Of a stretch of DNA of 64,000 nt, positions 36,977 through 43,808 are shown piece after piece. Numbering within the stretch: position 1 is the stretch's first letter; each line of letters opens with the position of its first letter. The notes beneath the pieces are model-generated. The model saw only the letters and a program-made list of their open reading frames with translations, made no database searches and was not told the origin of the DNA. The position numbers and the translations under genes were made by a program. The stretch lies in IMG/VR virus record IMGVR_UViG_3300011334_000440. One strand, given 5' to 3'. Source of the stretch: an uncultured virus (IMG/VR IMGVR_UViG_3300011334_000440) (lineage: Duplodnaviria; Heunggongvirae; Uroviricota; Caudoviricetes).

Positions 36977-37249
36977 ATGGAAGCCGTGTACACAGGTAAG
37001 CAAGCTCGTGACATAGCAGGAACTAAGTTCCCCTATGGATTGGGCTGGCACAAAGACGATGCATCCATCATCGAAACATTGAAGCTTCGAGGCGGAGACG
37101 CTTCGGTTCTTCTTGCCGAATGGTGCGAGGCAACTGGATTGGACAGCAATAGCAATCTGGTTCGCAAGGAACGATTCGAAGGCAAGAAACCTTGGAATCA
37201 AAAAGATGAGAACAAGAAGATCTACACTCGTGAACTCAAACTTGCTTAA
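36977..37249 (+). CDS. Hypothetical protein
   Basis: GAGGAG SD. Confidence 0.55.
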   Translation: MEAVYTGKQARDIAGTKFPYGLGWHKDDASIIETLKLRGGDASVLLAEWCEATGLDSNSNLVRKERFEGKKPWNQKDENKKIYTRELKLA

Positions 37250-37907
37250 AGATAAAGGGGGCGTGGACTCTGCCTTTAAAAATAAGAAAGAGGCAGAGAA
37301 GATAGTCGGTACCCTATCCAAACCCTCTAAAATGCCGGGGTTCGCATACTCGACCCCAGCTAAACGCTGCCTCATTGGGCAGAAGATGAGGAAGGTTGCG
37401 GGTAGTATCTGTGCGTTTTGTTACGCACTGAAGGGGCGTTACGTGTTTCCAAACGTCGTGGCGGCGATGGAAAAACGTTTCAGCTCTCTTACCGACCCGC
37501 TCTGGGTAAGTGCGATCTCGCATCTAATCAGCAAAACTAAGAATTCTTATTTTCGCTGGCACGATTCGGGAGATCTCCAGGGTATATGGCATCTAAAGAA
37601 TATTGTTGAGGTAGCAAATAACCTGCCAAACATTTTCTTTTGGTTGCCGACTCGGGAGTATGCCTTCGTATCGAGTTATATTGAGCAAGGTGGATTGGTT
37701 CCAGACAATCTGTGCATTCGGTTGTCGGCTCTAATGATGGATGGCCCTGCCCCAGTGGGCATTGCCAAACGTCTTGGGTTGACAGTGTCGGGTGCCAGCA
37801 TGACTGGTAACTTCAACTGTCCATCGTCAAAACAAGGAAACAACTGCGGTTCATGCCGCAAATGTTGGGACAAAAATGTATTCGCAATTGATTACAAAAA
37901 GCATTAA
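37113..37907 (+). CDS. GP88-family (mycobacteriophage gp88-like) Cys-rich protein; true start probably downstream, near 37240-37265
   Basis: SKMPG, C...C..CYA.KG.Y, FRWHDSGD, WLPTRE, C-terminal CP...C..CRKCW. Confidence 0.75.
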   Translation: MPNGARQLDWTAIAIWFARNDSKARNLGIKKMRTRRSTLVNSNLLKDKGGVDSAFKNKKEAEKIVGTLSKPSKMPGFAYSTPAKRCLIGQKMRKVAGSICAFCYALKGRYVFPNVVAAMEKRFSSLTDPLWVSAISHLISKTKNSYFRWHDSGDLQGIWHLKNIVEVANNLPNIFFWLPTREYAFVSSYIEQGGLVPDNLCIRLSALMMDGPAPVGIAKRLGLTVSGASMTGNFNCPSSKQGNNCGSCRKCWDKNVFAIDYKKH

Positions 37908-38039
37908 ATCGTTAACCTTAAGTTTACTTTTGGTTAACGCAATGATGGACTGCGTTCCTGATAAGTTCTGGCCTGTGTGGGCTAGACCTGGGAACGACAA
38001 CATCATATCCAGAATTAAAATATTTGGAGAAAGGCACGT

Positions 38040-38258
38040 ATGAGTCTAATAAATCGAGCATCAGTTAAGCGGTCAGCTCTGGACCTGGCAAATGCCAAGT
38101 TCAAGGAGCGGAACAAGACGAGGCTGGAGATGGGCATTGCCCCTATGAAGTCTGCCCCGTCGAGAGTTAGTAGTGAATTCATTGATACCTTCGAAGCCAA
38201 GGTCATTGGCTTGTTGGGTTCTATGGTTCACGAGCACAAGTCAGGAGCAACACTATGA
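38040..38258 (+). CDS. Small protein with possible truncated histone fold
   Basis: LINRASVK (alpha1) ... RVSSEFIDTFEAKV..LL..MV (L1/alpha2) ... GATL (L2); AGAAAGG SD. Confidence 0.45.
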   Translation: MSLINRASVKRSALDLANAKFKERNKTRLEMGIAPMKSAPSRVSSEFIDTFEAKVIGLLGSMVHEHKSGATL

Positions 38259-38479
38259 ATTGTTATTGTATTACAAAACCAACGGAACAAAAGTTCCTAT
38301 CGATCGATGAGAAATGGGTAGACTTTATCACGGGTATTCGTGAAGATTCTATCCGAGGCTACACCTCCGAGGAGATGGAGACCTTGAATAACGATGCAAC
38401 GAAGCATGGAGGCGAGGTGCGACAGCATCCGTCTCCCGACGGAGTCACACTTCCCTTGTTTTATGACTGGGGTACGTGA
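38255..38479 (+). CDS. Hypothetical protein
   Basis: AGGAG SD, ATGA-coupled. Confidence 0.5.
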   Translation: MNCYCITKPTEQKFLSIDEKWVDFITGIREDSIRGYTSEEMETLNNDATKHGGEVRQHPSPDGVTLPLFYDWGT

Positions 38480-39101
38480 AGTATTTGAGGGACTGAAGTC
38501 CCGAGAGGTTAGCCGTTACGTCAACTACTGGGACAAGATTAAGCCCAAGTCCCGTGAAGACGAATGGCGCTTCTGGATTTTCTCGATTCTCGCGGCCAAC
38601 TTCGGTTGGAAGCAGAACGTGAAAGCCTTTAATGCAATCAAGAATCGCGACTCGTGGAAGTCCGACCTTGGCAAGTTACAGTTCGAACTGTATCAAACCA
38701 AGACTGGACTGTGGCGGACAAAGGCCGTGAGCATCTGGAAGTTTGACCAGATGTTCTCAGCCAAGCCCCACATCTTCGAGCGTTATCCCAATGAGCCGTT
38801 GATGCAATACCGTGATAGGATTGCAGACAACGTACCAGGATTAGCGATTGCTAAGTCAAGCTTCTATGTGGAAATGAAACATCACGAGGAGTCAAACGTT
38901 GTTTGCCTCGATCGTCGTGTGCTCAAGTCAATCCACAAGAGGGACAGGAACGTGAACAGGACTGACTACCTCGCGCTTGAGAACGAGTGGCAGATCTGCT
39001 CACAGGAATACGGTATCCCAGCGGCTACCGCCAGGTTCATCTGGTGGGATAAGTTGCAGGGGTATAAAAATAGTCGGTACTGGAGTGAGGTATTAGAATG
39101 A
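38463..39101 (+). CDS. HhH-superfamily DNA glycosylase-like protein (Ogg/endonuclease III-like)
   Basis: FSILAAN, R..I..NVPGLAIAKSSF (HhH with Lys), VCLDRRV (Asp), Y...E. Confidence 0.6.
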   Translation: MTGVREVFEGLKSREVSRYVNYWDKIKPKSREDEWRFWIFSILAANFGWKQNVKAFNAIKNRDSWKSDLGKLQFELYQTKTGLWRTKAVSIWKFDQMFSAKPHIFERYPNEPLMQYRDRIADNVPGLAIAKSSFYVEMKHHEESNVVCLDRRVLKSIHKRDRNVNRTDYLALENEWQICSQEYGIPAATARFIWWDKLQGYKNSRYWSEVLE

Positions 39102-39307
39102 ATATGAAAAAAGTAAATGGTGAGATTCTTTGGGGCGCTGGCGACAGCATCCACAAGATCTCGTTTAATGCAGAAGTGGACACAGCCAAGGAAAAGGTTG
39201 ACAACCTTAAACTTGAACTGGACCCTCAGTTCCTTGATGACGTTCTTCAGAACGTGTACAAGGCGGGTGCAGATGAAGCCCTCCGATTGGCCGCTGTCCA
39301 AGGATGA
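39098..39307 (+). CDS. Hypothetical protein
   Basis: ATGA-coupled. Confidence 0.5.
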   Translation: MNMKKVNGEILWGAGDSIHKISFNAEVDTAKEKVDNLKLELDPQFLDDVLQNVYKAGADEALRLAAVQG

Positions 39308-39463
39308 AAAGTAAACTAAGTCTAGCATCGAAAGTGTTGGAGAGTGTTTACTTATTCTTCACACTCGTGGGGTTGATGGTGGTATGTTGGTCCGTCTACT
39401 CGATGGCCCTCGGTACTTACGTCAAGACCTGCGAAACGATTCAAAAGAAACTATTGATGCGGT

Positions 39464-39626
39464 GATGATTTAGAAATGTTCGCCTATCCACGTTTCGAAG
39501 TCATCTAATTTATTCCCGAGTTCCTCGGGGGTGATGATACCAAGGGAACAAGCACGTGCAAATTGCAAAATATCCGTGACTTGTTCTGGAAGTATCGCCA
39601 ACTCCGGGGACTCGGGAATATTTTTT
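39464..39626 (+). ncRNA. Candidate structured RNA: short hairpin plus about 110-nt rod ending in a T-tract
   Basis: TATTCCCGAGT/ACTCGGGAATA, TGATGATAC/GTATCGCCA, GGAACAAG/CTTGTTCT, CACG/CGTG stacked stems; G-U pairs favour the plus strand. Confidence 0.55.
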
Positions 39627-39752
39627 AACACAGTTTCATCCTTCTACCTATAAGTATACATACAGTTTTGATAATTGAAAGCGTGACGAGGCATGTAAGC
39701 CAAATAATATCACGCTTCTTGTTCCTCATTTTTCCAGTTTGCACCAGCCATA

Positions 39753-39780
39753 TTGACTTGGCAACCCTGCCAGTCAGCAT
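39753..39780 (+). promoter_or_regulatory. Promoter TTGACT-N16-CAGCAT, 6 nt before GTG 39787
   Basis: Read directly; weak -10. Confidence 0.4.
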
Positions 39781-39786
39781 TGAATT

Positions 39787-40047
39787 GTGCCAAAGAAGCT
39801 CGCAGAAGCAAAGTTCGGTGAACTTTCCGAACAGTTCCTCCGTGTATTACTCGCCGCAGCTGCGGTCGATGGTAAATCGGAAGAGCTGGTTATTACCCGA
39901 AAAGCTTTCCACGATCTACACGAGAAGTTGAAGGAAGGTTATAATCCAGAGATAGATGTTTGGTTTGAGGACAATGAGCTCCACGTTGCTTTAGCCTGGA
40001 GCGAGGTACCTATTGTTGGGTTTAGAAAAATCTGTGGCCAAAAATAA
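39787..40047 (+). CDS. Hypothetical protein
   Basis: 86-aa ORF behind promoter candidate. Confidence 0.5.
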   Translation: MPKKLAEAKFGELSEQFLRVLLAAAAVDGKSEELVITRKAFHDLHEKLKEGYNPEIDVWFEDNELHVALAWSEVPIVGFRKICGQK

Positions 40048-40141
40048 AAAGAAAAAAGTTAAGAGCTTGATCGATCATTCGCATCGACCACGCCAGGGAT
40101 TGCTCGACAAGGTTGCCAAGCTGGCGTTATATCACAAGTAA

Positions 40142-41458
40142 TTAGCGGGTTATCTCTTCCCAATCTAGCGAAGCAAACAGATCAGAGTTATTGTTATTGG
40201 CCGCCATTACAATACTTATTTCAAACCTATCCCCAGTTATACCGTTTCTTTCTAACTGGTTTGCGAATAAAGTTTCTTTATTAATACTAACACTACCACC
40301 AGTTTGCTGGGTAGTACTAAAAAAACCAGAAGCGATAACTCTCCCACCAGTTACTGATGTACCAGAGATATTATATTCGACTGCGCTATCAGAACCAGCG
40401 CTTACCCATGCTCCCCCAGATGTAGTAGCAGCATTTTTAATCTGCCAATTAAAAGTATCTCCAGCAGTTTTGCCAAGCAAAGAGATTGCTGAAACAATAG
40501 CAATCGCGTCAAGCCTGTCGGGAGAAGACTTAAGTCTTATAGATAAAACTGGATAAAATACTCCAGCAGTTGTGAGCCTGCGCGGAGACCCCACGGCAGT
40601 TCCAATAGACTGATGCGCCCCCCTCAACTCATAACCACCTTCCGATATTACACTTGAACAGATTTGTTTTAAGATACTAGCTCCAGAAGTAGTCCCAGTA
40701 TTTGTTATCTCGTACCTCAAGGGTAGGCAGGCCGTTGTTATATAGGTTGAAGCGAGCAGATTCGCGTGGTGAAACGAGTGGCACACTATGAATTGGCCAT
40801 TGATTACGAACCCCATCCTCACTGTCCCGACGCCAAGCCACTCAATATCCATCCAGAGAATTTGAGCTTTAGTAATATCGAGGGTTAGACCAGAGGCGCC
40901 AGTACCATCGAGCTTGTCCCCATTCCAATCAGCTTGAGCTACCAAGGTCTCGGTCATAGAACCAGTTACCAACGATCTCTCTACTAAATAAAGTGCGTTC
41001 CCATAAAGCTCAAAATACATTCCATTATCGTCCCCGTAGTATCCAACCCTTTGCCTTAGGTTATCTTTGGCTGGATTCATAACAAAAGTATTCATCACTA
41101 GTAAGGATTTTCCCGGTTGATAGGCGAATACTTTAGTTGTTTCTCGGATTACTTCTGCACCACTAGTACCATCCACATTCAAGTCGACGAGACCTTGGCT
41201 GGAATTAAACACCGCAGAAGCTGTGCCAGATGTGTACGTAGACCAAAGACCGTTGTCTTGGAACCTATGGTTAGAATCAAATAAAGTTAAAGGTGCTACT
41301 GTACGCAACCTTCCGAAAGCATCGGTCGGGAACGATCCAATAATACCGCCACTCCCACCAGTTGAAAGGTTATCAAGACTACTGGAGATCTTCTGGAGAC
41401 TACGGACTTCCGTATCAGTCTTTAGAGGAGTATTATTTTCTGGAAAATATTCAGGCAT
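40142..41458 (-). CDS. Putative virion structural protein (beta-rich, lectin-like)
   Basis: 'DAFGRLR...TLFD', 'YQPGKS', 'WLGVG.VR.G' motifs recurrent in aquatic phage structural proteins. Confidence 0.6.
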   Translation of the reverse strand: MPEYFPENNTPLKTDTEVRSLQKISSSLDNLSTGGSGGIIGSFPTDAFGRLRTVAPLTLFDSNHRFQDNGLWSTYTSGTASAVFNSSQGLVDLNVDGTSGAEVIRETTKVFAYQPGKSLLVMNTFVMNPAKDNLRQRVGYYGDDNGMYFELYGNALYLVERSLVTGSMTETLVAQADWNGDKLDGTGASGLTLDITKAQILWMDIEWLGVGTVRMGFVINGQFIVCHSFHHANLLASTYITTACLPLRYEITNTGTTSGASILKQICSSVISEGGYELRGAHQSIGTAVGSPRRLTTAGVFYPVLSIRLKSSPDRLDAIAIVSAISLLGKTAGDTFNWQIKNAATTSGGAWVSAGSDSAVEYNISGTSVTGGRVIASGFFSTTQQTGGSVSINKETLFANQLERNGITGDRFEISIVMAANNNNSDLFASLDWEEITR

Positions 41459-41461
41459 AAA

Positions 41462-41887
41462 CTATGCCTGTTCTTCTACTGCCTCTACAAAACTTTTCTT
41501 TGCGTTTTCCTTCGAATCATCGAGTGGTCCGCCAACGATCCATGCCTTGCAGGTCCGTTTAGAGGCGCACTTAAAATCAAAAGCTTCACAGTACCCAAGG
41601 TCGCTAGCCTCAATAATCAACCATTCATCGCCTTGATCCTGGCCAAGCCCTTGGGCGATACAGTTCTTGATACGGGTAGTTACATTAAAAGCTGCACAGT
41701 TTCCACAACGGGACTTCTTAGCTTCTTCAGGAGTATTACCAAACTCTTCAGCCAGCTTTGCCCAGTACTCATCGTTGGGTTCATTGGGATTCATCGGGCC
41801 GTACATGGCCGTTGTAATCGCTTTCTTGCGGTTGGCAAGGTTAGCTGCGATGTCTTGAGTCTCCCGCGGACAAGCTTTTGCGGGCAT
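41462..41887 (-). CDS. Cys-containing hypothetical protein (HiPIP-like cysteine spacing)
   Basis: CGNCAAF...GYC...FKC...RTCKAW. Confidence 0.6.
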   Translation of the reverse strand: MPAKACPRETQDIAANLANRKKAITTAMYGPMNPNEPNDEYWAKLAEEFGNTPEEAKKSRCGNCAAFNVTTRIKNCIAQGLGQDQGDEWLIIEASDLGYCEAFDFKCASKRTCKAWIVGGPLDDSKENAKKSFVEAVEEQA

Positions 41888-41888
41888 A

Positions 41889-42032
41889 TTATTTACCTAG
41901 TCCACGTTTGGCTCTTGCTTGAAATTCTTTTTTACCAAGTTTCTTGCGGCCAATCCAGGCAGCTAAAGCTCTAGGGTCATCAGCACCTTTAGAAGCTAGG
42001 CTCTTAACTAATTTTTTATAACCCATCTCCAT
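41889..42032 (-). CDS. 47-aa basic protein ending RGLGK (not in ORF track)
   Basis: MEMGYKKLVKSLASKGADDPRALAAWIGRKKLGKKEFQARAKRGLGK. Confidence 0.65.
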   Translation of the reverse strand: MEMGYKKLVKSLASKGADDPRALAAWIGRKKLGKKEFQARAKRGLGK

Positions 42033-42172
42033 TAGTATTTTCCTAGCCCACGTCCCTTGTTGGATACGCTACCCATAACATATGGCTTTTTCTTCTCCAC
42101 TTTAAGAGATGGCGACTTGTTTGTCGGCATCTTTGCGTTCTTTTGATTTAGGTTAATGGAAAGATTTTTCAT
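42032..42172 (-). CDS. 46-aa basic protein ending RGLGKY (not in ORF track)
   Basis: MKNLSINLNQKNAKMPTNKSPSLKVEKKKPYVMGSVSNKGRGLGKY. Confidence 0.6.
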   Translation of the reverse strand: MKNLSINLNQKNAKMPTNKSPSLKVEKKKPYVMGSVSNKGRGLGKY

Positions 42173-42173
42173 A

Positions 42174-42329
42174 TTATTTACCTTTCGACTTACCAGCCGC
42201 GGTTAACGCAATAGCGATGATCTGGGCCCGAGGACGAACCTTGCCTTCAGCGCCACGGGCTTTACCTTTTTTCTTGTTATCAGCGTAAAGTTCGCTGATG
42301 TTAGCAGAGACATTTTTTCCTAGAGGCAT
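42174..42329 (-). CDS. 51-aa basic protein starting MPLGK (not in ORF track)
   Basis: MPLGKNVSANISELYADNKKKGKARGAEGKVRPRAQIIAIALTAAGKSKGK; 'S.NI.E...Q..AIAL..AGK' is a recurrent phage micro-protein. Confidence 0.7.
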   Translation of the reverse strand: MPLGKNVSANISELYADNKKKGKARGAEGKVRPRAQIIAIALTAAGKSKGK

Positions 42330-42335
42330 GGGTCT

Positions 42336-42364
42336 ATGTTATAGGGTATGGGGTTGGGGGTCAA
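42336..42364 (-). promoter_or_regulatory. Promoter TTGACC-N17-TAACAT, 6 nt before ATG 42329 (leaderless)
   Basis: Read directly. Confidence 0.55.
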
Positions 42365-42564
42365 GAGCCCTTTTCGAGTTCATCCTCAATGCCATCCGAA
42401 TCCTTGTCCTTAAAGCTTTGAGGGTCGCGGGAGAATATTTTATTAGCCAGCAGGTACTTTTCTTCGGCTGACATCTCCGTCCATGATTCAGTCCTACCCC
42501 TTGGCCTCCAAAGAATTAGGGCTACTACAATACCAACAAAAAATATTACGGGCCAAAAAATCAT
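42361..42564 (-). CDS. Small membrane protein
   Basis: MIFWPVIFFVGIVVALILW N-terminal TM; ATGA-coupled. Confidence 0.55.
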   Translation of the reverse strand: MIFWPVIFFVGIVVALILWRPRGRTESWTEMSAEEKYLLANKIFSRDPQSFKDKDSDGIEDELEKGS

Positions 42565-42791
42565 TTGCCTAACCCCGTTTTTTTCTTCCAGCTTATACGT
42601 TCTGAACTTGTCTTTTTCTTTGCCGACGAATTGCACATAGACTTGGTCGGCCGGCAGGCCGGATAACTCTCACCGCTGTCAGCTGATTCCCGTCCACACG
42701 GGCCACCAGTCTTGCAGTTAATCCACCCCTTTCCTTTGTTGCGGGAGAACCAACCATGTAGCCCTTTTTTCTTCTCAAGGTCAAAGGCCAT
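42561..42791 (-). CDS. Small basic protein ending TGLGK
   Basis: 'GL..WF...W.....GGPCGR....YPACRP' recurrent phage motif. Confidence 0.7.
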   Translation of the reverse strand: MAFDLEKKKGLHGWFSRNKGKGWINCKTGGPCGRESADSGESYPACRPTKSMCNSSAKKKTSSERISWKKKTGLGK

Positions 42792-42940
42792 TATTTCTTC
42801 CCCTTATTACCCCAATTAGCTGCTCCAACTTTACGACACTGAACGACCGCGCCACTAGCGTAAGCAGATGGCCATACTTTATAGCGAGCCTTTACCTTTT
42901 GAGTGCAAGCATCGCCTGCCTTTTTCTTCCCCAAAGGCAT
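42791..42940 (-). CDS. 49-aa basic protein starting MPLGK
   Basis: 'DAC..KVK.RYKVWPSAYASGA.V.CRK.GA.NWG' recurrent phage motif. Confidence 0.7.
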   Translation of the reverse strand: MPLGKKKAGDACTQKVKARYKVWPSAYASGAVVQCRKVGAANWGNKGKK

Positions 42941-42941
42941 A

Positions 42942-43238
42942 TTAGTATTTCCCCTTTCGGTTTGAAGGACTAGATTGAGTCGAGCCACCGGGTCCAGCCC
43001 ATAAATTTTTACAAGCCCAATACTTCGCGCTTAACTTAGTCCCGGGGTTATCGCAGTTATGGCGAGCTCGGAAAGATTTGCGGGCGGCCGCCGAATAGTT
43101 GTGTCCATATCCTTTAGCCCCAAAGTGTACGAGCCTCTCCTTGCCACCCTCACAGGCTTTGACCATACGCTTCTTACCTGGCCTTGTGCTAGGCCGAGGT
43201 TGATTGCAGGGCATGCTGGCTTTTCCTAGACCCGGCAT
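42942..43238 (-). CDS. Small basic protein starting MPGLGK
   Basis: 'VHFG..GY...RKSFRARH.C...SA.YWAC..LW' recurrent phage motif. Confidence 0.75.
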   Translation of the reverse strand: MPGLGKASMPCNQPRPSTRPGKKRMVKACEGGKERLVHFGAKGYGHNYSAAARKSFRARHNCDNPGTKLSAKYWACKNLWAGPGGSTQSSPSNRKGKY

Positions 43239-43795
43239 TATCTTTCTCCCGCTCCGCCAGCGATCTTCGAATCTTTGATTCTTTGCCCAATAACATTTGG
43301 ATCGAGCATCATCTTACTAACGTCCTTATAAATGTTCTTCATAATACCAGCGTACTTATTGGGATCCTCTGTAAAGTATCCAGCTTTACCCATCATCCTA
43401 GCATAAGACTCTGGGTCTTTTTGTTTGACGGCTTCTTGGTATCTCTTGGACTTTAGAAACTCTGGCCACTGTTGAAAGAAAGCGGAGGGTGACTCATAAG
43501 CCGCAAACTTGCTTTTCTCCATGCGTCGGTTAGCTCCGTAACCTTCGGCGGATTCAGCTTCGACGGATGGTTGACCTGGCTTTGCTTTTACACCAGCAAA
43601 ATTGTTGGCCTGCATTGCCAGTCCTGACTTTCCCCAACCAGACTCCAGAGCTGTTTGACTTAGTAAAAGTTTCGGGTCCATTCCAATCCGTTCACCAGCA
43701 ACAACGGCATCAGCGGCAGCTTTCTTGAAGTAGTCAATCTTCTTCTGGTATTCCGGACCATAGGTACTACGGAAATATTCGTTTAGATCGGCCAT
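43238..43795 (-). CDS. GH73 (FlgJ-like) glucosaminidase/muramidase, probably virion-associated
   Basis: QTALESGWG, NNFAGVKA, GYFTEDP.Y motifs. Confidence 0.85.
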   Translation of the reverse strand: MADLNEYFRSTYGPEYQKKIDYFKKAAADAVVAGERIGMDPKLLLSQTALESGWGKSGLAMQANNFAGVKAKPGQPSVEAESAEGYGANRRMEKSKFAAYESPSAFFQQWPEFLKSKRYQEAVKQKDPESYARMMGKAGYFTEDPNKYAGIMKNIYKDVSKMMLDPNVIGQRIKDSKIAGGAGER

Positions 43796-43808
43796 AACAA
43801 AAGTCTAC

